A DNA stretch of 63,170 nucleotides from an uncultured Acidobacteriota bacterium (GCA_964462735.1 CAYWYX010000004.1:1-63170); one strand, 5' to 3'; counted from the first letter of the stretch, positions 53,105 through 63,170 are shown. Numbers and translations: made by a program. The notes: generated from the letters alone by a model not told the origin.

Positions 53105-54712
53105 GTGTTACCAATTGTGATGTCTGAAAAAAGAAGGATCACAACTAGTTCAGGAATTCCATTAGACAAATGTTTTAACCCTGAACATCTCGTGGGTTTT
53201 GACTATTTTCGTGATTTAGGGGATCCAGGTGAATTTCCATTTACACGTGGAATTCACTCTGAAATGTATAGAAAAAAACTTTGGACTATGAGGCAGTATG
53301 CAGGATATGGATCCGCAAAGGAGTCAAATCAACGCTATAGGTATTTGTTGAAACGAGGACAAACAGGTTTGTCAGTAGCGTTTGACCTTCCAACTCAAAT
53401 GGGTATGGATTCTGATGCAGTATTGTCTGCAGGAGAAGTTGGTCGGACTGGTGTCGCTATTGATAGCCTGACTGATATGAGGGATCTTTTAAAGGGAATT
53501 CCTCTTGATCAGGTCTCATTCTCTATGACTATTAATGCAACAGCACCTATTTTACTTGCACTTATAGTGGCTGAAGCTCGGGCTCAGAAGATTCCAATGG
53601 GGTGTCTGTCAGGTACAATTCAAAATGATATTCTTAAAGAATATATTGCTCGTGGTACCTATATATATCCACCTTTGCCTTCTATTCGATTAGCAACTGA
53701 TGTGATTAATTTTTGTACCAAAAACCTGCCTCGATGGAATCCTATTTCAATTAGTGGTTACCATATTCGCGAAGCAGGATCTACCGCCGTACAGGAATTA
53801 GCTTTTACGTTAGCCAATGCCATAGCATATGTAGAAGCTTGTTTAGAAACCGGTTTAGCAATTGATGACTTTGCTCCTCGGTTTTCTTTTTTCTTTAATG
53901 TACACAATAATTTTTTAGAAGAAATAGCGAAATTCCGAGCTGCACGCCGGTTGTGGTCAGGGATCATGCGGAAACGTTTTGGTGCAAAGAACCCTAAGTC
54001 GTGGGTTTTGCGATTCCATGCGCAAACTGCGGGGAGTACTTTAACTGCTCAAAACCCAGAGGTAAATTGTGTCAGAGTTACTTTGCAAGCTCTTGCAGCT
54101 GTTTTAGGTGGCACCCAGTCTCTGCATACAAACTCTTGTGATGAAGCACTGGCTCTACCTACTACTGAAGCTGCTCTCCTCGCCTTACAAACGCAACAGG
54201 TGATTGCTTATGAAACTGGTGTACCTGAGACTGCTGATCCATTTGCTGGTTCGTACACCATTGAATCTTTGACTGGTACTCTTGAGGTTAAAGCAAAAAA
54301 CTATCTAGATCGGATTCAAAATATAGGTGGCATGCCACTAGCAATTTCTAAAGGCTATGTTCAAGGAGAAATTCAAAAAGCTGCTTATGATTATCAACGT
54401 TCAATAGAAAGTGGGGAAACTACTATTGTAGGAATGAACAAGTTCATTTCTTCACAGAAGCCAACTGTTAGAATTCACAAGGTTAACCCACAGATTGAAA
54501 AGGAACAATGCCAGAAACTCGCTAAAATCAGATCAACCAGAAACCAGAAAAAAGTAGATAAATCTTTGGCCCTAATTGAAGAAATTGCGCGTACTGATGA
54601 TAATCTTCTTCCACCAATAATAGATGCGGTAGAGAGTCATGCTACTCTTGGAGAAATTTCTGATCGATTAAAGCTGGTTTTTGGAGAACACAAGGAAAGC
54701 CCTACAATATAG
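53105..54712 (+). CDS. Methylmalonyl-CoA mutase, catalytic (large, N-terminal-domain) subunit without a B12-binding domain
   Basis: 535 aa with [30 protein letters not shown] and [21 protein letters not shown]. The Tyr and Arg at the substrate-specificity positions argue for MCM rather than isobutyryl-CoA mutase. There is no C-terminal DxHxxG cobalamin domain. ATG 53120 is an alternative start. Confidence 0.85.
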   Translation: MLPIVMSEKRRITTSSGIPLDKCFNPEHLVGFDYFRDLGDPGEFPFTRGIHSEMYRKKLWTMRQYAGYGSAKESNQRYRYLLKRGQTGLSVAFDLPTQMGMDSDAVLSAGEVGRTGVAIDSLTDMRDLLKGIPLDQVSFSMTINATAPILLALIVAEARAQKIPMGCLSGTIQNDILKEYIARGTYIYPPLPSIRLATDVINFCTKNLPRWNPISISGYHIREAGSTAVQELAFTLANAIAYVEACLETGLAIDDFAPRFSFFFNVHNNFLEEIAKFRAARRLWSGIMRKRFGAKNPKSWVLRFHAQTAGSTLTAQNPEVNCVRVTLQALAAVLGGTQSLHTNSCDEALALPTTEAALLALQTQQVIAYETGVPETADPFAGSYTIESLTGTLEVKAKNYLDRIQNIGGMPLAISKGYVQGEIQKAAYDYQRSIESGETTIVGMNKFISSQKPTVRIHKVNPQIEKEQCQKLAKIRSTRNQKKVDKSLALIEEIARTDDNLLPPIIDAVESHATLGEISDRLKLVFGEHKESPTI

Positions 54713-54841
54713 ATAGAAATACTTACTGAATCTAAGAATTTAAATTACTCATAAATAGGGGTTCAGATATTAATGATAAGCAGCACTTATCAAATCATTT
54801 CTGATCTACACTTAATTTCCTTCTTTTTTCAGTTTAAATAG

Positions 54842-56038
<1,197 letters not shown>

Positions 56039-56128
56039 GGCTGAGTGGTTGAGCATTAATCAGTAAGCTTTAACAAATACTTCCAATATTTCTCAAAGAA
56101 AATTTCTCGACTATTTGGAGTTGGTTAA

Positions 56129-56428
56129 ATGTTAATTTTGACTCTCCTCGCCGCCAATGGGCAAAGTAATTCTTTCCTTCCTCTTTTACCTATTGTTGCA
56201 ATTTTTCTCATCTTCTATTTTATTGTTTTTCGGCCTCAAAGAAGAAGACAACAGGCTCTTCAGGAGATGTTAAAGGACCTAAAGAATGGTGATAAAGTCA
56301 TAACCTCTGGTGGAATTCATGGAATTATCGCTGGAATGAAAAATGATACAGTTCACCTCCGCATAGCTGATCAAGTCAAAGTAGAAATATCAAGAAATGC
56401 AATAGTTGCTAAACAGGAAGAAGGTTAA
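56129..56428 (+). CDS. yajC: Preprotein translocase subunit YajC
   Basis: 99 aa with one TM helix then RPQRRRQQALQEML..L..GD.V.T.GG..G. It occupies the conserved tgt-yajC-secDF position. Confidence 0.88.
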   Translation: MLILTLLAANGQSNSFLPLLPIVAIFLIFYFIVFRPQRRRQQALQEMLKDLKNGDKVITSGGIHGIIAGMKNDTVHLRIADQVKVEISRNAIVAKQEEG

Positions 56429-56479
56429 TGATGGGTTTGGCGAGCCTGATTAGTAATCTGTCCTAGAAGGTAGTACTTC

Positions 56480-58090
56480 ATGCCCAAAAAACTTAGATTG
56501 AAATTCTTTACAATTGTAGCAGTCCCTTTGATTTGTGTCTTTGGTATCATTGGTCTGCCGGGGAGCTTTAATCAACTGAAAGAAAATTTGAGAGACCGAA
56601 TTCGTCTTGGGCTTGATCTGCGAGGAGGAATGCATCTCATCCTTCAAGTCAATACCGAGGATGCTCTTAATATTGAAACTGATCAACTCGTAGAAAGGAT
56701 TAAGAGAGCTCTACAAGACGAAGAAATTTCTTTTGAAGATATTCGTCGTAGGGATATTACTCACGTTGAAATTCTGGATGTTGAATCGACAAAGCTTAGG
56801 GATGTACGTGCATTGATAACTGACCGTTACAATGCTTGGGAAATAGTTAATCTTCTCAACCCTTCTAATTCTTTCCTTTTAACTTTAAGACCGACCGTTG
56901 TAAGTCAAATCAGGGAAAGCTCAGTTCGGGAAGCTATTCAGAGAATTCGGAATAGGGTTGACGAGTTAGGAGTGACTGAACCAGTTATTCAGAATCATGG
57001 TCCTGTCGATGAATATCAAATTCTTGTCCAATTACCTGGCGTCGATGATTCTGCAAGAGTCCGAGAAATTATTAAATCGACTGCTCTTCTTGAATTAAAA
57101 ATTGTTGAGCCAACAGACGTTTTTATTTCCAGAGCTGAAGCATTAAAACGATACAATGGAGTGATTCCAGTGGGAAAACAGTTGATTCAAGGTATTTCTC
57201 AGTTTTCTGATTCCTCCCAATCCAGTCAAGCTTGGTATATTGTTAATCAGTCTGCCGCCATTACTGGAAAAGATCTAAGAATGGCCCGAGCTCAAGCAGA
57301 CGAATTTGGGAGGCCTGCAGTAGGTTTTGATTTAACTAATGATGGTGCCACTCGTTTTGGGCGAATTACTGCTGATAATGTTGGTAAACGTTTGGCTATT
57401 GTTCTAGATGGTCGTGTTCAATCAGCTCCTAATATTCAAGAATCCATACGTTCTTCAGGACAGATTACGGGCAGTTTTTCTGATCAAGAAGCCAATGATT
57501 TGGCTTTAGTTTTGAGATCTGGTGCACTCCCAGCGTCGATGGACTATTTAGAAGAACGGACAGTAGGAGCTTCTCTAGGTGTTGATTCTATTCGCCAAGG
57601 AGTGATTGCTTCTCTCATTGCTTTGGTAGGTGTGGCATTGTTTATGGTTATTTATTATAAGCTTTCAGGAATAATTGCTATTACTGCACTAGTTTTGAAT
57701 CTAATTATTCTCCTTGCAGCAATGGTTTATATTGGAGCAACTTTAACCCTGCCAGGTATTGCAGGTGTTGTACTTTTAATTGGTATGGCTGTGGATTCCA
57801 ATGTTTTAATTTTTGAACGTATTAAAGAAGAAATTTGGTCCGGGAAAAATATTAGTTCATCAGTCAGTACTGGTTTTGGCAAAGCTATAATTACAATTGT
57901 CGATGCCAATGTAACTACGGTTGTCGCCGTCTTATTTTTGTTTCTATTTGGGACAGGCCCCGTAAAGGGTTTCGCAGTTGTGCTTTTTTGGGGTCTTCTT
58001 GCAAACTTGTTTACTGCGATCTTTGTTTCTCGTTTTATTTTTGAGGTTATCGTTGGTCGATCACGCCGTCGAGAGAGTTTGAGCATATAG
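56480..58090 (+). CDS. secD: Protein translocase subunit SecD
   Basis: 536 aa with LGLDLRGGMHL, a large periplasmic domain and a C-terminal six-TM bundle (AGVVLLIGMAVDSNVLIFERI). Confidence 0.93.
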   Translation: MPKKLRLKFFTIVAVPLICVFGIIGLPGSFNQLKENLRDRIRLGLDLRGGMHLILQVNTEDALNIETDQLVERIKRALQDEEISFEDIRRRDITHVEILDVESTKLRDVRALITDRYNAWEIVNLLNPSNSFLLTLRPTVVSQIRESSVREAIQRIRNRVDELGVTEPVIQNHGPVDEYQILVQLPGVDDSARVREIIKSTALLELKIVEPTDVFISRAEALKRYNGVIPVGKQLIQGISQFSDSSQSSQAWYIVNQSAAITGKDLRMARAQADEFGRPAVGFDLTNDGATRFGRITADNVGKRLAIVLDGRVQSAPNIQESIRSSGQITGSFSDQEANDLALVLRSGALPASMDYLEERTVGASLGVDSIRQGVIASLIALVGVALFMVIYYKLSGIIAITALVLNLIILLAAMVYIGATLTLPGIAGVVLLIGMAVDSNVLIFERIKEEIWSGKNISSSVSTGFGKAIITIVDANVTTVVAVLFLFLFGTGPVKGFAVVLFWGLLANLFTAIFVSRFIFEVIVGRSRRRESLSI

Positions 58091-58229
58091 TCATTTGTGA
58101 AGAAAGCTTTTATAGGGTTTTAGATTTAGGAATCACATAAAAATATTAAAAAAATCTGCTAGTAATTTGGTGAATTTAATAGTTTTAGTATTTCCAAATC
58201 TAGTTTTTTTAGAAAGTAGATAGAAACCT

Positions 58230-59414
58230 ATGCAGTTGCTTAGAAACGTTAATGTGAATTGGGTTGGTCGCAAGTGGCTTTTCATAGGCATTTCCTTAGT
58301 GATGACTATTGTTAGTTTGTCCTCCTTATATTGGAAAGGAGGTCCACGATATGGTATTGATTTTAGGGGAGGAACCCTCGTCTATGTCAAATTCAAAAGT
58401 TCTCCTAATCTGACAGCTATTCGTACTGCCCTATCTCAAAAAGGGCTAGGAAATAGCACCATTCAACGTTATGACTTGCCAGAGCAAAATCAAGTTATCA
58501 TTAGTCTAGATCAGCTTGAGGATGATTCTAAAGGAGAGTTAGATGCAGGGCGTGGGCAGATACTACAGGCTCTAAAAACTGTTTTTAATTCAAATCAGAT
58601 TCAAAGAGATAAAATTGATCTTAATAATATCAGCACAACGGATCTTACTAATTACTTGATTAAAATAGGTGACCTTACCTCGTTGTTAAAATCAGAAGAA
58701 AGTCCTGTTCTGAAATCTCCAGAGTCATTGGCATTTGCCATCACTAACTATAGAGATAGCCATGGTGGGATTATTATTTCGTATGATGAAATAACAACTA
58801 TTAATGGAGTGACCAAGTCCATCCTTGCTATTCTCCAAGAGAGTTCCTTTTTAGGGGAGTTTTCAGTATTTCAAACAGAGTTTGTAGGGCCAAAGGTAGG
58901 TCGAAATCTTCAGCGACAAGCAGTTTCCGCAACCTGTTATGCATTGCTGGGTGTATTGATTTATATTGCAATTAGATTTAAAGGTACAATTTATGGTGCT
59001 GCCGCAGTAATTGCTGTTTTTCATGATGTTATAATCACTTTAGGGTTTTTTTCTTTTGCAGATCGTGAAATTTCCTTAACAGTTATAGCAGCATTGCTGA
59101 CGCTTGTTGGCTATTCTATGAACGACACGATTGTTGTTTTTGATAGAATTAGGGAAAATTTAAGGCTTAGTAGACGAATTCCTCTTTCAGAGATTATAAA
59201 TAGAAGTATTAATCAAACTTTGAGCAGAACTCTTTTAACCTCGGGATCCACTTTTTTAACTGCACTGTCACTTTATTTTTTGGGAGGACAGGTAATTAAC
59301 GGGTTTGCGTTTGCATTAGTGTTTGGAGTAGCTATTGGGACTTATTCTTCAATTGGAGTCGCAAGTCCATTATTACTACTGTGGCACGATTACCAGTCAG
59401 GAAAAAAGAAATAG
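58230..59414 (+). CDS. secF: Protein translocase subunit SecF, with an enlarged periplasmic domain
   Basis: 394 aa with GIDFRGGT, TEFVGPKVG, HDVIITLG and VGYSMNDTIVVFDRIREN. The periplasmic loop is about 85 aa longer than in E. coli SecF. Confidence 0.92.
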   Translation: MQLLRNVNVNWVGRKWLFIGISLVMTIVSLSSLYWKGGPRYGIDFRGGTLVYVKFKSSPNLTAIRTALSQKGLGNSTIQRYDLPEQNQVIISLDQLEDDSKGELDAGRGQILQALKTVFNSNQIQRDKIDLNNISTTDLTNYLIKIGDLTSLLKSEESPVLKSPESLAFAITNYRDSHGGIIISYDEITTINGVTKSILAILQESSFLGEFSVFQTEFVGPKVGRNLQRQAVSATCYALLGVLIYIAIRFKGTIYGAAAVIAVFHDVIITLGFFSFADREISLTVIAALLTLVGYSMNDTIVVFDRIRENLRLSRRIPLSEIINRSINQTLSRTLLTSGSTFLTALSLYFLGGQVINGFAFALVFGVAIGTYSSIGVASPLLLLWHDYQSGKKK

Positions 59415-59528
59415 GTGGGTGTGAATAAAATTAAAAGTCGTTGAAATCTAAAATCGATTTTTTTTATACTTTATTCGAGATTCATGCTAGAGTCTTATCT
59501 TCTTATTCCATTCAAATAATAAAAATTT

Positions 59529-59560
59529 CAGGGGTAAAAATTTCTTCCCCTGTTTTTTTA
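59529..59560 (+). terminator. Rho-independent terminator downstream of secF
   Basis: Stem CAGGGG (59529-59534) pairs with CCCCTG (59547-59552) across a 12-nt loop, followed by TTTTTTT (59553-59559). Confidence 0.55.
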
Positions 59561-59671
59561 TTTTTGCTATAAATATATGAGTTGAAAGCTGGAACTAAAA
59601 ACATTTAAGCCAATGACAAAATCGAAGTTACACTTTTAGAGTCGCATTGTTTCGAGAAGGGGGGATTAACT

Positions 59672-60430
59672 ATGTTTGACGAGCTACTAGATTCTCAAGA
59701 TCCAGGCCAAACAAAGAAAAAAATGGGCCTTCTGACAGTATCAATTATCATTCATGCGGTTATACTTGTAATTGCTGTGATCCTTCCACTTCTTTTTCCG
59801 GATACGCTGTCGGGATCCATGCAACAACTAACTTTTTTGGTGGCACCGCCACCACCACCACCACCACCACCACCACCGCCACCCCCTGCAGCAACAACCA
59901 GAAGGGTTGCGACAGTAGTTGATGATTCTTTTAGAGCTCCAACTGAGATTCCTAAGGACGTCTTAATGGTTGTTGAAAATGTTCCTGATGTGGCAGTTGG
60001 AGGTGTAGTTGGAGGTGTTGTGGGAGGCATCCAAGGAGGAACTATTGGAGGAGTTATTGGAGGAGTTATTGGAGGTTCTCTCGGTTCATTAAGATTACCA
60101 CCCCCACCCCCACCTCCACCAAAGGCAAAACCTAAACCTCCGAGTAGAGTTCGGATAGGTGGTAATGTTCAACGGGCTAACCTGATTAAGCAAGTCAGAC
60201 CTCGTTATCCAGTATTAGCCAAGCAAGCTCGTATTCAGGGATCGGTAATTTTAGAAGCAGTTATTAGTAAGGATGGTACGATTGAAAATCTTAAAGTACT
60301 TAAAGGTCATCCGCTCCTGATTAAGTCTGCCTTGTTGGCTGTGAAACAGTGGCGTTATAAACCCACTGTTCTTAATGGAATTAAGGTTGAGGTAATCACA
60401 CGAATTACGGTTAACTTTAATTTAAGGTAA
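59672..60430 (+). CDS. tonB: Energy transducer TonB
   Basis: 252 aa with an N-terminal TM anchor (LLTVSIIIHAVILVIAVIL), P14 and P8 tracts, a Gly/Val/Ile repeat, and a C-terminal TonB domain (RPRYPVLAKQARIQGSVILEAVISKDGTIENLKVLKGHPLL..AL.AVKQWRYKP). Confidence 0.88.
   Translation: MFDELLDSQDPGQTKKKMGLLTVSIIIHAVILVIAVILPLLFPDTLSGSMQQLTFLVAPPPPPPPPPPPPPPAATTRRVATVVDDSFRAPTEIPKDVLMVVENVPDVAVGGVVGGVVGGIQGGTIGGVIGGVIGGSLGSLRLPPPPPPPPKAKPKPPSRVRIGGNVQRANLIKQVRPRYPVLAKQARIQGSVILEAVISKDGTIENLKVLKGHPLLIKSALLAVKQWRYKPTVLNGIKVEVITRITVNFNLR
59846..59887 (+). repeat. In-frame proline-codon microsatellite within tonB: 14 Pro codons including (CCA)9
   Basis: CCG (CCA)9 CCG CCA CCC CCT read directly from the sequence. 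The nine uninterrupted CCA units span 59849-59875. Confidence 0.95.
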
Positions 60431-60505
60431 AAAAATAAGAAATTTTAACTTTTAGTAATGTTCCAAACCTGCAATAGCTGAAAGACCTGAGGAGGTAAGA
60501 ATTCA

Positions 60506-61213
60506 ATGATGTTAGATAATTTAAATTTGTTGGCAGTATCTATGTTACAAGGCGAGTCAGTAGGTTTCTCATTGATGGAAATGTGGGAAGCCTCTGGTGT
60601 CATTGCCAGATTAACTTTAATTACACTGATAATTATGTCTGCTTGGTCAATTGGAGTTATGATTGATCGTTTGCTAGCCTTTTCTGCAGCTCGTAAACAA
60701 TCTCGTGAATTTGCTCCATTGGTGGCCGGTTGTTTACAAGAAGGAAAAATCGATGAGGCCCTTGAAGTAGTTGAACAAAATGAAAAGAGTCACTTGGCAA
60801 AAGTAGTTGGAGCTGGGTTAAAGGAATATAATTCCGGCGGTGGTGGAGGTACCATTGAATCCTGCAAACGAGCACTGGATCGCTCCACAGCCATTACTAC
60901 TGCAGAGTTGAAACGAGGAGTAGCTGGTTTAGCCACAATTGGAAGTACAGCTCCCTTTGTAGGATTATTTGGAACTGTGATCGGAATCATTAATGCTTTC
61001 CAAGGTATGTCCACTGCTAAGACGACAGGGCTTTCTGCTGTTGCAGGTGGTATTTCTGAAGCTTTAATTGCTACGGCCCTGGGACTTTTCGTCGCTATTC
61101 CGGCTATCTGGGTGTTTAATTACTTTAACGGTAGGATGGAAGCATTTAGTGTCGAGATGGATAACTCATCTTCCGAATTAGTTGATTACTTCCTGAAACG
61201 GAGCGATTCATAA
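60506..61213 (+). CDS. exbB: MotA/TolQ/ExbB proton-channel protein
   Basis: 235 aa with a GAGGAGG Shine-Dalgarno upstream, three TM helices and the conserved GLATIGSTAPFVGLFGTVIGIINAF. Confidence 0.88.
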   Translation: MMLDNLNLLAVSMLQGESVGFSLMEMWEASGVIARLTLITLIIMSAWSIGVMIDRLLAFSAARKQSREFAPLVAGCLQEGKIDEALEVVEQNEKSHLAKVVGAGLKEYNSGGGGGTIESCKRALDRSTAITTAELKRGVAGLATIGSTAPFVGLFGTVIGIINAFQGMSTAKTTGLSAVAGGISEALIATALGLFVAIPAIWVFNYFNGRMEAFSVEMDNSSSELVDYFLKRSDS

Positions 61214-61725
61214 TGGCAATGCAACATTCAGAAGATAGTATGAGAGCGAAGGATGAGAAAAGTGATGTGGTGGCCGATATCAATGTCACGCCCATGGTAG
61301 ACATTATGTTAGTTTTACTCATTATTTTTATGGTGATTACTCCCATGTTGCAAAAAGGTATCAGTGTAGATATGTCCAGGACTTCAAATCCTCGAGAGAT
61401 GCGAGAAGCTGATCAGGATGATGCAATAGTGGTTGCTGTAACCCGAGATGGTAAGATCTACTTGGAGTCCGAACAATTAAATAAAGAACGGCTGCTTGAA
61501 CAGATACAGGCTCTTCTAGCTGAGAAGGTAGATAAAACAGTTTACGTCAAAAGTGACCGACGGGCAAAGTACGGAAAGGTAGTTGACGTAGTTGATACTG
61601 TCCGAACTGCTGGAGTGGAGAGCCTTGGATTATTGTCGGATAAATTAGCAAGAAGAGGATCATCTCCGTCGGTTCCGTCGGTTCCGTCGGTTCCGTTAGT
61701 TCCGTCAGATCCGTCAGATCCTTAA
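61213..61725 (+). CDS. exbD: Biopolymer transport protein ExbD/TolR, with a Ser/Pro/Val-repeat C-terminal tail
   Basis: 170 aa with INVTPMVDIMLVLLIIFMV, typical of ExbD. Its start overlaps the exbB stop. Confidence 0.88.
   Translation: MAMQHSEDSMRAKDEKSDVVADINVTPMVDIMLVLLIIFMVITPMLQKGISVDMSRTSNPREMREADQDDAIVVAVTRDGKIYLESEQLNKERLLEQIQALLAEKVDKTVYVKSDRRAKYGKVVDVVDTVRTAGVESLGLLSDKLARRGSSPSVPSVPSVPLVPSDPSDP
61666..61719 (+). repeat. Six tandem 9-nt units at the 3' end of exbD
   Basis: The units are ccgtcggtt x3, ccgttagtt, and ccgtcagat x2. They encode PSV PSV PSV PLV PSD PSD immediately before the final Pro codon and the stop. Confidence 0.95.
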
Positions 61726-61737
61726 AGGAGATACATA

Positions 61738-62175
61738 ATGTCAATAGAAGCCGGTCAAAAGGGTCCCGTGGGAAGCATTAACGTCACGCCTCTAATTGAT
61801 GTGTTGCTAGTGTTACTGATTATTTTTATGGTTATTACACCTTTGATTCCCAAGGGTTTGGATGCTCAGATACCCCAGCCACCACCACCAGGAGATCCTC
61901 CTCCTCAGGAGGTGTCAAACAGAACGATTGTGGTATCCATTGATGCACAACGTCGGGTGAAGATTAACCAAGACAGCGTAGATATCCGTGAATTGGAACA
62001 GAGACTTACCGATATTTTTAAGACCCGACAAAATAGAACCATGTTTGTTCAGGGTCACACAGATCTGTTCTTTAATAGTGTGATTAATATTATCGATATA
62101 GCACATAGTGCTGGTGTGGATAAAGTTGGATTGATGACGGCAAAGATTCAGGGCGTTGCTGCGGGGACTCAATAG
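61738..62175 (+). CDS. exbD: Biopolymer transport protein ExbD/TolR (second paralogue)
   Basis: 145 aa with INVTPLIDVLLVLLIIFMV and a C-terminal periplasmic domain. Confidence 0.88.
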   Translation: MSIEAGQKGPVGSINVTPLIDVLLVLLIIFMVITPLIPKGLDAQIPQPPPPGDPPPQEVSNRTIVVSIDAQRRVKINQDSVDIRELEQRLTDIFKTRQNRTMFVQGHTDLFFNSVINIIDIAHSAGVDKVGLMTAKIQGVAAGTQ

Positions 62176-62266
62176 TGTTGTAGTTCTTCAGGCTTTGGAG
62201 CCACAGGATTTTTGAAGAACTCGGAAATTTTTTTTACCAGGTCATACTGGTGTGTGGAGGGACCCT

Positions 62267-63170
62267 ATGAAGTTTAGATGTAAAACGATAGCTTTACTGG
62301 TGTGTTTACCTCTGGTCCTTGGGACTTTAGGTTGTGGAACGATGGATTATTTGAAAGCTCGGGACAGACTCAATAAGGGCGTTAAAGCTTTTCGAGATGC
62401 TGAGTTTGAAATTGCTATAAATTATTTTAAAGAATCTAGCGAATTGGATCCAGAATTAAGAAACGCCAAAATTTACCTAGCTACGTCCTATGCTTCTTTG
62501 TACGTACCTAATGGTAGATCAGCTGAAAATGTCGAAATTGGGAACAATGCTATCTCAGCTTTTCAATCAGTTTTGGATGAAGATCCAAATGATTTACCCT
62601 CGATCAAAGGTGTTGCAGGTATCTATCTGCAAATGGCAGAATTTGAAAAGGCCAAGGAATTCTATCTAAGAAATTGTGAATTGGAACCAGAGAATCCAGA
62701 TGCATTTTATAGTGTTGGTAATGTGAATTGGACGATCACCTTTGACAAGCTTGAACCTAAATCCCCAGCGGAGCGCTCGGATCTTATCGCGCAAGGGTTG
62801 GAACACCTAGAAAAGGCTTTAGCAATCGATGAGAACTATTTTAATGCCTATTTCTATATCAATTTGCTGTTGCGAGAAAAAGCCAGAGTTGTTATCGACG
62901 AAATTATTGCAGAGAAGCCAAGAACGGAAGATTCATTTATTTTGGCGGGTCAGGATATAACTTCGTTGGTTCCTTTGGTTAAGAGGCATGCGCCTGATCG
63001 TATAGAGGAGTATATTGGTTATCATGAAAAAGCTGACGAAAAATACGAATTAGCCATGGCCATCAAGAAGAAGGTTGAAGAAGAGTCCGCAGCAGCGGCA
63101 ATTGGTGTTATTGACGATACCGTAGCAGACGATTCAGAAGCAATTGCAGAAGAAATTCTAGAAACAACTG
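62267..63170 (+). CDS. TPR-repeat lipoprotein. The N-terminus is complete and the C-terminus runs off the window.
   Basis: It is absent from the ORF track because it runs off the window edge. I read every codon from ATG 62267 to 63169 with no stop. It starts MKFRCKTIALLVCLPLVLGTLGCG (lipobox LGC), then has TPR-like helices (AINYFKESSELDP, EFEKAKEFYLRNCELEPENPDAFY) and an acidic tail. Confidence 0.7.
   Translation, partial: MKFRCKTIALLVCLPLVLGTLGCGTMDYLKARDRLNKGVKAFRDAEFEIAINYFKESSELDPELRNAKIYLATSYASLYVPNGRSAENVEIGNNAISAFQSVLDEDPNDLPSIKGVAGIYLQMAEFEKAKEFYLRNCELEPENPDAFYSVGNVNWTITFDKLEPKSPAERSDLIAQGLEHLEKALAIDENYFNAYFYINLLLREKARVVIDEIIAEKPRTEDSFILAGQDITSLVPLVKRHAPDRIEEYIGYHEKADEKYELAMAIKKKVEEESAAAAIGVIDDTVADDSEAIAEEILETT

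Noticed and set aside
57727-58086. 119-aa antisense ORF at the 3' end of secD
   Set aside because: It is the antisense of the conserved SecD TM bundle. Its basic, low-complexity translation is typical of a shadow ORF.
59752-60030. 92-aa antisense ORF containing a poly-Gly run
   Set aside because: It is simply the reverse complement of the tonB polyproline (CCA)n tract. The TonB frame is supported by its TM anchor and C-terminal domain.

Overview
This 63.2-kb, AT-rich window (about 40% G+C by eye, not computed) comes from the chromosome of a diderm bacterium. LpxC, an Oar-like outer-membrane barrel, TonB-ExbB-ExbD-ExbD and SecDF-YajC are all present. It is densely packed with about 60 protein genes, almost all core housekeeping.

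Gene content, in order:
- An F1Fo ATP synthase b'-b-delta-alpha-gamma-beta-epsilon operon.
- A Thermus-type homocitrate synthase, then hslVU.
- A three-subunit biotin-dependent acyl-CoA carboxylase (CT, BC, BCCP), then serS and lpxC.
- A complete Rrf2-sufBCDSUT operon, a nucleotide-sugar dehydrogenase, pgsA and an AMMECR1 protein.
- A fused aroD-aroE, then thrB and hisZGD.
- A Gfo/Idh/MocA oxidoreductase, a YpdA-like flavoprotein and HupE/UreJ.
- A 12-kb minus-strand array: ABC importer, giant PIG-L/LmbE protein, dapB, dapA, dapD, dacB, pepP.
- A methylmalonyl-CoA mutase catalytic subunit, tgt-yajC-secD-secF, and a TonB/ExbB/ExbD/ExbD/TPR-lipoprotein module.

Two long ORFs run off the window edges and are missing from the ORF track. 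I verified both codon by codon (1..1726 on the minus strand, 62267..63170 on the plus strand). I found no rRNA, tRNA, recognisable ncRNA, CRISPR array, IS/transposase, integrase, prophage or defence-type genes. TGA, TAA and TAG all act as stops.

I see no convincing new multi-gene system; this reads as an ordinary core region. The observations most worth a second look are:
1. An 881-aa PIG-L/LmbE protein whose catalytic AHPDDE motif lies upstream of any canonical start codon, with AGGAG-N8-ATT pointing to an ATT start.
2. An AT-rich orphan 378-aa ORF that ends 2 nt before the biotin carboxylase gene inside the acyl-CoA carboxylase cluster.
3. An Oar-like barrel with no room for a plug or carboxypeptidase-regulatory domain.
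4. A ComEA-like helix-hairpin-helix insertion in the SecF periplasmic domain.
5. A perfect 14-bp inverted repeat flanking a 75-nt AT-rich spacer.
6. In-frame micro- and minisatellites in tonB and exbD.
7. An orphan alpha-aminoadipate-type homocitrate synthase in a window that also carries dapABD.

The lineage guess (Acidobacteriota-like) is inference only.
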